A stretch of DNA of 64,000 nucleotides from Nemertoderma westbladi (Eukaryota; Animalia; Xenacoelomorpha): positions 1 to 64,000 of the forward strand of contig JAUCBJ010002288.1 of assembly GCA_032718475.1 (NCBI GenBank), in the 5' to 3' direction. This document shows positions 32,872 through 43,920 of the stretch, piece after piece (position 1 is the first letter of the stretch; each line of letters begins with the position of its first letter). The translations under genes and the position numbers were made by a program. The notes under the pieces were generated by a model, which saw nothing but the letters and a program-made list of their open reading frames with translations, did no database searches and was not told the origin of the DNA.

Positions 32872-35800
32872 GGGCCGACGGTACCATGCCGGACGAGGAG
32901 AGGAGGCCAAGGAGTTCAGGAAGAGGACATCGATCCGAATGATCACCTACGACGCGGATACAACGCGACAAGGAAGATGCTCAAAGATGCTAAGACTGGA
33001 GGAAAGGTAGACGAGCCCAAATTGATCCAGAGACTCGGTGAGTGTAACAAACATTTTCACTACCTAGTCCGATTCGGGTAGGGGGAACTGGCGAGTGAGA
33101 GGGCGAGGGGGGTCACCACAGAACTGTTAGAATTGTGGTGATCTGAGATAATGTCATATGGTGTAGTGTACATAGGGCCTTAACTAGTGGATGCGCGGGG
33201 GATTAAGTTAGTGGGATGGGTGGGTCCGCATGATGCCGAACCCGAGGTTAACCCCGAGGATTCGGTGTCGTCTGTTAGTAATACCGCTAGCAGGCACGAT
33301 AAAATCAGTAAAACGAACAGGCGACGGGAGTCCGCCGTAACCGAAAAGTCCGCTACACCATCCGCGAAAGCAAGATGGGTGTTAGAGATAGATCTGGCGT
33401 GTCAGCTAGACATGGTCGCGTTGGACCAAAGAGAATTAGAGAGCCAATTGGATGAGGGGACTGCGCTGTTAGAGAGGGAGAGGGCGTTAGCAAGATAATG
33501 TAAAGAGAGGGCTAAAAGGGTAGCAAGAAACTATAGAGAACGTGAGGAGAGGGAAATGAGTGAGCGTAGGGAACGGGAAGAGAAAGAAATGAGTGAGCAC
33601 GAAGAGCGGGAGGCGAGAGAGGCGAACGAGCGCAAAGAGCAAGATGGGAGGGAGGTAGCGAGGGTTGCGAGAGAAGAGAATGAGTGCAAAGAGCTGGACG
33701 CAATGGAGGCAGTGAGGGTTGAGAGGGAAGAGAATGAGCGCAAAGAACGAGAAGCGAGGAAAGCCGAGAGGATTGAGAGAGAGGTGTACGAGCGCAAAGA
33801 GCGAGAGGCGAGGGAGGCAGAGTTAGCCGATCAGAATAGAGAGAAACAGAGAGAGGAACAAAAAAAAAGCAAACAGTTGGCCGAAGCCGAAGGCGACCCG
33901 AAGGCTCCAATCCTACAACCAATAGATTGCAGGCCCAGCGCTCAACCAACTGAGCTACCCCGCCTTTCGGTGGGAGAGAGAAACAGAGCGGGTAAAAGAA
34001 TGAGGGATGATATGTATGCCCAGTTGAGGGGGTTGATACAGTGTCAGGCGAGAAAAAAACGCTGATTAGAACTGGCGAAAATGGGTTTATCAGAGAGCGA
34101 AGCTGATTTGGGAAGTATTTATGAGGAACCAGGTGTGATGGAAACCTTTGTTAATACTCCACTTACAGTTAACGGACGACAGACACAAAACTGGTGTGAC
34201 CGGATGGATGGGGGGGGGGGGGGGGGGGGGGGTAATGACAATACGTTTAATGGTAACGTTAATATTAATAATACCATAGTCGATAACTCTAACAATAACG
34301 AGGGTACATTTCTTACAGGAAATAATGTTTTAGTAAATAATAATAATCCTGATGTTGGTGCGACAAATAATCAAAGTAATTTAAATAATAATGTTAGTAG
34401 TGGTACAATTAATAATAATATAATAAATTATCCTGGTGAAACTAACCCAAATAATTTAAATAATAATATAACAAATAGTCGTGGTGAGGCTAGTGGTGGT
34501 ATACTTAATGTAAATGTTAGGGAAGCAAATAATTCGCCTAGCAGAGGCAGAGAGAAACACAGGCGAATGAACGCAGGGAGAGCAGAAGTGACGTAGATAA
34601 TTAAGTCGAGTAGAGGGAGAAAGCCGGTGGGGCCGTACTTTGGGAGATTGCCGTCACCCCGGAGAAACACAGCCTGGTGATGTATATTACATACCGGAAG
34701 GGGGGTACAGAGTGTACCGGGATGGGGAGGATGAGAGAAGAAGGGATCGAAGGGAAACTTCCCATCAGAACGTAGCTGCTGATCGATGATATGGTAGACG
34801 CGGGGAGGAGTTCTCGGAATATTCGAGAAGATTAAACTTCGGTCCGGAGGACCACATTCAGACTGCAGAACATATCCTAGGTCTTACTGCACATACTATA
34901 GGCCATGCTGGGAGAGATAGTGTAGGGATAGGGTAATGCAAAAGCCGCGATTAGACCAGGAGTGAGTAGGCAAGAACCCATTAGGCCTATACCGGTACCT
35001 GCACACCAGTATGACAATAATATGCAGGGATATAACATATACCCAGGGGAGGGGGGGGGGGGGGGGGGGTATTGCAGATAAGTGTATGGGCCCCAATATA
35101 ATGACATCCACCCCAGGGTGACATTCCCCCATCACTGTATCCGCAATACATGCAACCGAACAAAATAAATATCGCAACCCCCTTAAATCCAAATAAATCA
35201 TGTGACACCGAGATATGGAGGGGACCATTACCCCCGATACTACTAGGATCGGCATGCTGCATTGCAGCTGCATTTTTAAGAATGCTGTGCCGGCTTGTCA
35301 ACAAAATTGCACCGCCACAACTCCCTATGACCCATGACATTTGCTAGATCATCGCATCTTCAAGGCCAGTGTCCTTTAAGATGTGTCTCAAGAAAGTCAT
35401 GGGCTGTCCACCCTGCTTATTCACTGCATGAGGCTGCCAAAGTACAAGATTATACACTGGCTGGTCCTCACGGCGAAAGCAATGTCCTGCAATTACCCCC
35501 GATGATATATCCTACACAGGGAAAGTCGACGAACCCGACATCGTGAGGCAATACTAAAGAATTGAAGGAGGATTAACAATGGCGTGGAAAGCCTTGGACA
35601 GGGAATTTGGCCATCCTGTGAAGATTATCCTACAAACCTTAAGGGGAATAACATCAGGCAGACTCGCGGATAACTCTGTTTGTATCAAAACCTTTGCCAA
35701 CAAAGTATAAAAGGCATTGATAGTCTTAAAGACGCTAGAAGCACCATACAAACTTAATGCTTCAAACAACATCATGATGATAGCGCAGGCACTACCGATT

Positions 35801-38800
35801 TGGTTAAGGAATAAGTGGAGAAAGATCGCTTTCTCTACTCGAGAAAAGAAGGGTGCGGAGCTGGGGTTGGAAGAGATGTCGAACTTCCTTATCTATGAAG
35901 CGGAGTTGATAACAGATCCATCACATAACATAATGTTACAGTGAGAACAGTCTAGGCAAAGCACCGAAAACGGAACATACTCAACCTAAACCCGGGCATA
36001 GTATGGCGAATGCACTCCCAAAAGTAAGGCAGTCACTACCAGATGCGGCCACGCAGGGGACTACAAGTCCACAGAGGCTTGGGAATAGAACCACATCGTG
36101 GCAGGGACAGAGACAAAACAACAATAGCAGTAGATACAAACCTAATACACCGAATAGGCCGAGTCCATACAACCAATACACTAAAACACTCGATATGAAT
36201 CTAAATGCGATATGCGATGCGCTATATAAGGAACGCTACAACCCCGATTACAAATGTCAACTGCATAGAAGTGGGACGCATAAGATGATAAACTGTAAGC
36301 ATTGGCAGGCGTGACTTAAACAAGACTGAATAGCTTATACTGGAAAATTTGGACTATGTCACTGATGTGTGGTAGGAGGACACAGGAAGGATGAATGTCA
36401 AGAACGTCCGATTAAGTATGCCGAGACTGATGAAACTGGAGGCCAGACGATGGCGACGAGCACCACGGGAATAAAGAGGAAAGGAACAGTACTACTTGGA
36501 GTAGTACCAGTAAGAATGATTGGGGAAGACGGACTATTGATTACAATGCAGATGCTAGTCAATAGAGGAGCAGCATTCACGCTAATGGAGAGTTGGGTAG
36601 CCGAAAGAATAGGATTGAAGACCAAGCCAAGTAAAATGGCGGTGACCACGATATCATTCAAGGATGAGGTCATGAAGATGAGGACCGGATGGTGTGAAAT
36701 CGGAGCAATAACACCAGGGTGAGATTATGGGGCTACCGTCGAAACCATCCAAATAATGTAGTCGATTAATACCAACGTCAGGTGACCTACAAAGATCGAG
36801 ATCAAACAATATCGGTACCTAGATGGCATCGACTTTTCCATACCCAAACTAGATGTCCCGAAAGTCTCTCTTATAGTCGGCATGGATTGTCCGACGGCCC
36901 ATGAGAGGTTACAAACTATTTTCGGCGATGATAGAGAGTGAGACCCGGTGGCCATTCTGACACCATTTGGATGGACACTCAATGGCCCAATAAAGACGAG
37001 GATTCCATTTAGCGTATCCGAATCCTCAGGGTGCATGTTTGCAGGAATGATGAGAGAGATAGAGGATGAAGGAGCAAAGGAACAACTTAAGAGGCTGCTA
37101 TGGCAGGATTTTGAGGGATTAAAGCAGACCGGGGTAGGAACGCAGGTAGAAGGCAAGCAGGCGCAAGAGAGCGTCAGGCGATCAATGAAGTGTGAGGGTG
37201 GGTGGTATACCATAGGAATGGTATGGAAGGAGCCGAAGCCGCCCTTGCCAAACAATAAAAGGATGGTCGAGACAAGACTAAACAAATGTTAGGTTAAACG
37301 TTAAGTTAAAACAAACGCTTAGGTGGAGCCTGGAGAAGAACGACTACATACATAAGACCATTAAGAAATATGTAGAGCGGGGGTGGGCCATGGAACTACC
37401 AGTAGACAAACAAAATACAGACAGGACTTACTATCTGCTACTTCACATGGCCCTAGATCCTAAGAAAGTCAAACTAAGGATGGTGGTTGACGCCTCTGCC
37501 AAGACAAACGGCAAGAGCCTAAACAGTATTACCGACTAGAAGGCCCCAATATTTACAATTCGGGGATAGAAGTTATGTTGAGATTTAGAAATTGGAAGCA
37601 CGCCTTCACGTGTGACATTGAGGGCATGTTTAACCAAGTATGGGTAACTGAGGAGGATAGTGATAGTCAATGCTTCCTGTGGTACAATCCTCAGATCCTC
37701 AGATATACTAATGTACAAGATGGTGGTGCAGAATATGGGGGCCAAGTCATCCTCATTCTCCACAACCACAGCCGTAAGAGACACAGTGGAGGGCAAAGAG
37801 GGGGAGTATAGTAAAGAGGTGATCGATGTGATTCGACGCGGGTTCTACGTGGATGATGGGATGGGTTCTGGAAACTCCATTGAGGAGATCATGGAGACAG
37901 GGCGCAAAGTTCACGACATCCTGAAGAAATTGGGATTCAACTTGACGAAGTTCCAGTCAAACTCTAAAGAATTCATGGAAGCCATAGAGGATAAACAACT
38001 GGAGGTAAAATTGGATAAACCTATGATGGTAAAGGAACAGATTATGGCGGACAGAAGAGTAGAATCGCAGCAGAAAGCACTAGGGATCGTATGGAACCAG
38101 GAGACAGATGATTTGGAATATCAACTGAGTCAGGAGGGTGCTGGGATCCATACCAAGCGAGGCTATGTGTCATACATAGCGAGATTTACGATCCACTTGG
38201 ATTAGCATCCCCATTGTTAGTCATGGGGAAACAGATACTTAAGAAGGTTTACAAGATCAAAGATGACTAGGATGCAGTATGGAGGTCCCGATAGAAATAA
38301 GTAAACAGTGGGAGAAATGGACAGGGAGCTTAGAAGATATGGGGACTTGCAGTGCGCCACATGTATACTTCCTGGATGGAGACATGAGTGAATTGGAACT
38401 ACATATGTTCTCTGATGCATCCCTGGAAGCATATGGTGCTGCGCTTTATTTGGTACAGCGGAAGGGGACTCATAAACCCAGACTAGCATTCAGTAAAGCG
38501 AGGTTGATGCCACCAGATTCAGCATCAGTACCGAAACTCGAGCTAACGGCAGCGAGACTAGGAGTGAGAGCGACAGCATGCTTGGTGGATGCGATGACAA
38601 GTATAGTAGAAACACACTACTGGACGGATTCTATGGTGTTGTTGGGATGGTTGCATAACGAAAAGATGCGATATCCCATATTTGTAGCAAATCGAGTGGA
38701 TGAGATAAGAGCTACAACAGACTTGGACAAGTGGCACTACTGCCCAACTGACAACAATCCGGTGGACTTGCTATCGAGGGGCGTACAGCGCCACGCTTTT

Positions 38801-40435
38801 TCGAGAAAGCAAGAGCTGTGGCAGCATGGTCCACACTTCCTCAATGACAAGTCAAAGTGGCCACCGATGAGGAAAGTAGATCCAAGCGGAGAGGAAGTAG
38901 TAGTAGAGGATGAGGGAAAAGAATCAGAGGGGGAAGATATATTCAGTCAGTTAATGAGGGAGATTAAGGAGGCACTGCCATGATCTAAGACATTAGAGTC
39001 GTGTGATAATCCAACAGATAGGTTACTCAGTTACAGCTCTAGCTGGTAGAAGACAAAGAAGCTAGTAGCATATCTGAGGGTTTACGGATAATTCTTTAGG
39101 GGGGCTGGTACGGGTGGCAAGATTAGACCCACCATTGATATGGAAGGGGCGGCTAAAGCCGTGATACGATACAAACAATGGAAGGGATACAGAGATGAAG
39201 TTGACTGTGTTAGGAAACAGCAACACCTTCAATAGGACAGCGAGATCAACACGCTGTCGCCGCAACTGGATGAGGATGGAATCCTGGTCATGAACTCCAG
39301 GGTGGTTAATAACACCAGTGCCTTAATTACACCGAAACCAATAATAATCCATAACAAGTCACCGATAGTCCACCAGATCATATGGGAACACCCATAAGGC
39401 CATACTACATGGCGGCACCAACCAGACCATAACCGGGATCAGGAAGAAATATTGGGTAATTCAACTCAGAAAGATGGTGAAGGCGGTAGTGGGACAATGC
39501 CAAACATGCCGACGGACGAAGAAGGAGAGGGCCGTGCAAGAGATGGCGCCACTGCCAACTAACAGGGTGAGGCATCATGACCTACCATTCACACACTGTG
39601 GAGTGGACATGTTTGGGCCGATTAAGATAAAAGTAATGCGGCACACCGAAAAACGATATGGCATAATCTTCGTATGTAATAGCATGAGGACCGTGGGGAT
39701 AGAACTGGCTCAGGACGCTATGGCATCGGCATTCATCAATGCATTGGAAAGATTCGTGACCCAGAGATGAGGAACGGTCGAAGTATTATACTCCAACAAT
39801 GGGACTAACTTCGTTGGGGCAGAAAACGAGTTAGCGGAGGCCTTTGACATCTTGGAGGGAGAAGATGTTAAGGCAGCGATGAGGAGGCACCTGATTAAAT
39901 GGGAGAGAAGGACGCCATACGCACCACATACGCTGGGCTGATAGAATGCCTAGTCGGAAGCTCCAAGCAGCTGATGACCAAACTCATGAACAATCATATG
40001 GTGACCGAGGATGTATTAAGGACGGTGCTGGCGAAGTGCGAGGGTATTACCAACACCCGGCCACTGTATCCCGAGAACGATGATCCAGAATCACTGGACG
40101 TTCTGACACCAGCACATCTTCTGATGGTGAGACCAGCGACGATTGACATGCGAAATATCGATCCAGACGATATAGACACGCGTCAGAGCTGGAAGATGGC
40201 TATGGCAATAGGTGCAGATTATTGGAAGATATGGATTCAAGAGTACCTGCCGACACTGCACAAGAGAAGCAAGTGGAGGAATAGTTAGAAGGAACTCAGG
40301 AAGGGTGACTTAATAATTGTAACTGATGATATGTTTATCAATAATCATTGGAGGTTGGCAAGGGTAGTCGAATGCTACCCTGGTGAGGATGGAAAGACTA
40401 GATCCGTGGAGGTAAGAATTGGAGGTTGGAGGAAA
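32872..40435 (+). pseudogene. Disrupted BEL/Pao gag-pol: E/R-rich coiled coil, Asn-rich tract, gag core, Zn knuckles, protease, RT, RNase H, integrase, C-terminal domain
   Basis: Protease-like LVNRGA (catalytic Asp apparently replaced by Asn, about 36560). RT DIEGMFNQV and FYVDD (YVDD at 37846-37857). Pao-type RNase H ELHMFSDAS..AYGA, PKLELTAA, WTDSM, FVANRV and KWHYCPTDNNPVDLLSRG. Integrase CQTC, GVDMFGP and NTRPL, then LTPAHLL and YWKIWIQEYLPTL. Many stops and frameshifts. Confidence 0.92.
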
Positions 40436-40444
40436 GATTGGGGC

Positions 40445-41032
40445 GGAAGCAGGACAATTCGGTCCCGGACAATTCGGTCCCACACAATTCGGTCCCATTA
40501 ATTTTGTGTTTTGGGACCGAATTGTCCGGGACCGAATTGTCCGGGACCGAATTGTGTGTGTTGTTGGTTGGTTAACAAGCCTAATTATTATCCTAGATAA
40601 TAGCTGGATCTCATTCAGGGACTGTTATAATATCATCAATATTGTTGGTAATTAATATAATCAGCAACAGTTTAGGCCTAATTCTGAAATATCAATGTTT
40701 TCACAAGTGTTTTATAATTTCAAGGAAATGCTAGCTAGTAAAAAAAACACTAGCTACACCTTAATAAAAAATATATAATAATGTTCTCAAACACAACCAA
40801 TAACAAAAATAAAAAAAATACAGTATTTTTTAAATTTCAAAAAATTCTAGCAAGTAAATAACAATTCGGTCCTAGGGCAATTCGGTCCTAGGAGAATTCG
40901 GTCCCGGACAATTCGGTCCCGGACAATTCGGTCCCATTTATTTAGTGTTTTGGCACCGAATTGTCCGGGACCGAATTGTCCGGACCGAATTGTCCGGGAC
41001 CGAATTGTCCGGGACCGAATTGTCCTACATCC
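40445..41032. mobile_element. Non-autonomous foldback/MULE-like DNA transposon (588 bp) built from 15-bp GGACAATTCGGTCCC units
   Basis: Terminal inverted repeats GGAAGCAGGACAATTCGG... and ...CCGAATTGTCCTACATCC. Flanked by GATTGGGGC (40436-40444) and GATTGTGGC (41033-41041), a 9-bp TSD with 1 mismatch. It interrupts the end of pol. Confidence 0.8.
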
Positions 41033-42016
41033 GATTGTGGCGAAGGATAGGAAGACCTACAGGAGGGCGGTAGGAAAGTGTTGCCTAGTGGAGGGAATGC
41101 CTTAATCAGTTGAGTCGTCCAATAAATTGGACTGAGGGGGGTAGGAATGAGTGCGAGACGCCCTTCCCATACACAAAACATAAAAATAATAAAATTAAAA
41201 AAATATAACTACATACGTCTGATGGGTACGAATGTACCAACGTATTATTTAGTTTAGATGGGCATTATGTACGTCTGATGGGTACGATGCGAATGTACCA
41301 ACGTACATAACTTACATACGCACTATAGCCGGGTCAATGGGACCAATAAGTGTACAAAATATGTATGGTAGTAGAACTAGAAGGGTACATAGTACCACAG
41401 TGAGGATTAGAAGGGTACACACACATTGCGCAATGTGCCAATTTACGTAATAAATACCAACGCCGGGTCAATGGGACCAACAATAGTATGCAATACGTAC
41501 TATAGTGGGCACTGCGGGTGCCACGTGAGGAGTTGAGGGGGGTATGTAGGCGTAGTAGAATAGTGTAGGCTGCACGAACTAGACTACTATAGCGCATAGC
41601 CCAGAGTGCACACTTAGAGTATTGTTACAGACCCAGAAAGCTGTCTGGTAGGAAGCTAGTACAAACAATAAGAAAATTGTAGCTAGTCTTTTCTGTAAAC
41701 AAGTAGTGATTAATTACTTAGGCAGTAATTGAGTAGTAGATAAAATAATAGGGTATAAGTTGAGGAATATAGCAGAATAAAAATCATAGAAACTGAGAAC
41801 TAGGAAATTCTAGAAATATAGTTAAAAATTAACAGACAAAAATTATAAATTAGGAGAAAATTGGCACGTAACGGGGGAATATTTGTACAAAAAGTTGATA
41901 AAAGGCAGATAGAAGGTAGGCCATCACTGATTTAAACTAATTAGAACTATACTTAGTTATCTCTTGCCCTACTGAGCCTTTGTAAGGCACCACCAGTTTG
42001 GTGAGATAGGAGAATC

Positions 42017-42910
42017 GTGATGGCGGAGAAACTAGTGAAGAAGAGAAGGTCGGAGAAGAGCAGGAAACAACTACTAGTGGATTTCACGTTGAGACATCCT
42101 GAGAATAAGACGAGGGAATACTACAAACGACTTCCGAAGAGTCAGAAAGCGCACGCACTGCAAGATCAGTTTAGGGAGATTCATGAACAACGATTAGTTG
42201 GGACCTACGGGATGCCGCCATTGGATAACACAATCAATGAACATCTTCGTTACGTTGTAAAGGGGGACGAGGGTACTTTCGGGATACCGAAGTACGCAAG
42301 GGAACTACCTCGAAAGGAATGGAGGAAGTTTGTGGATTCCATGGAGAGGGGCAGATACATGGTCCTAGACGATGAGGGGACTGTAGAGGATGACGAAGGG
42401 CTGATGAGGGGGTCAGGAGGATCGGGTAGAACTATATTGCTGCATTTAGCGGCGCCAAACAGATATATTTTTCTGTTTGACCTAGGGACCTACGGTAAGA
42501 AGAGCGGGCCAAAGTTGAACCAACTACCGGATGTGGTGCAGAAGCTAGTAAGGTCAAAGACTACGATCAAGATGGGATCGCCGATACGCGATGACGCGGA
42601 GAGGATTATTGGACCGGGCACCCAGAATCTTCTGGACATGCAGGTAGTCTACAAGTCTATGATGAAACTGGATGGATTGGGATTGGTGGATAACACGGTA
42701 CAATATGGAGCCGTGGCAATGGGTCAGTTGATGGGACTCGTGTGCGACAAGCTGATGGAGTGGAACAAGTTCCGAGAGGAATACAGGGTGGAACTTGCAA
42801 ATTCACTCAAGTGGGGGGTGAGACCGGGAAGGGACGAGTTATATCACTTCCAAAAGGGGGTGATTAAGACGTACCAGAAGCCTGTAACACACACAGGCCT
42901 GTACCTGTAA
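42017..42910 (+). CDS. Extra ORF of the BEL element resembling a DnaQ/DEDDy (WRN/EXD/RNase D-type) 3'-5' exonuclease; degenerate continuation to about 43837
   Basis: Ordered motifs MVLDDEG (ExoI D-x-E), ILLHLAA..YIFLFDL, LPDVVQKLV...IKMGSPIRDDAERI (ExoII) and LLDMQ. It lies between pol and the 3' LTR on the element strand. Confidence 0.65.
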   Translation: MMAEKLVKKRRSEKSRKQLLVDFTLRHPENKTREYYKRLPKSQKAHALQDQFREIHEQRLVGTYGMPPLDNTINEHLRYVVKGDEGTFGIPKYARELPRKEWRKFVDSMERGRYMVLDDEGTVEDDEGLMRGSGGSGRTILLHLAAPNRYIFLFDLGTYGKKSGPKLNQLPDVVQKLVRSKTTIKMGSPIRDDAERIIGPGTQNLLDMQVVYKSMMKLDGLGLVDNTVQYGAVAMGQLMGLVCDKLMEWNKFREEYRVELANSLKWGVRPGRDELYHFQKGVIKTYQKPVTHTGLYL

Positions 42911-43920
42911 GATATATCTTACAGGAAGACTGGATAATCATAGGGTTGGTGAACCTATTTATAACAGTGGTCATCAACAGGGAGCCGACGGTGTTTCTAC
43001 TGATGGGAGGACCTCTGAACCACAGGAGAGCCTTTAAAACTGCTTTGGAAGGTCTTGTAGACCACCTGGTGTAGAAGGGTGAGTCGGTGTATTACAATAC
43101 CTGACATCTGGTGGACAGAGAAGTAGATACACCGTATAGACGATGGAAGAAATGTGAGGCGGATAGAGAGGAGGAAAGAAAGCTAGAGGAAGTCGCTAGG
43201 AAAGAGAGGAGGGACGCAGCAGGTAGAGAGGCAGATATAAAGGGAGGGGAATATGATTTTGAGGCCCAAGTCTTGGATGAGTTGAGATGGGGATCGGAGG
43301 CCTCGGGTGAGTTTCAGCTAGGGGATGAGGTGGATTGGAAGGAAGAGTCGATGTCAGAGTCCTGACTAGGCAAAGGATGAGGCCCAGGAGTTCCAGTGGA
43401 TGTTTTTCAACATCAACCTACAGGCCCACCAGGAGATTACTAAGAGGAGACTAACATTCACATACCAGGAGGTAGTGACAGCGGCATCACATGGAGGGGT
43501 TATTAACACCGTAAGATATTTCGACAGATGGTCGCCAGAGAACATGATGGAATTCAGGAACTTTCTGGCGGAGCATGTGCCGCGTGGAATGAAGATCATC
43601 ATGTGGGATGCTACCGGAGGGAAGCAGGAGGGACACTCAGTGGGACCACTAGCGAAACGATACAGTGAAAGGATAACGTCCGTGCCCAAGGATCCAACTA
43701 CGGGGCTTGGCAAAATAGTATCAGCGTGGATGAGTAGCCTGAAGGGTAAACAGGAGGAAAAAAAACACCCGAGACAGGATGATGATAGGGGCAAAGAGAT
43801 GAGATGGTTTCTGGAGGGTACGGGAAGAGCACTCTAGAACTCTAGAACTGGGTACGGGTGGTGTTAATGTACCTGAAAGGCACCATGAGGAGTTAAATGT
43901 ACAAATAACTCATATAAGTG

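Noticed and set aside
33512-33949. Antisense ORFs over the E/R-rich gag repeat (and likewise 59451-59861)
   Set aside because: They are shadow frames of low-complexity sense-strand coding repeats.
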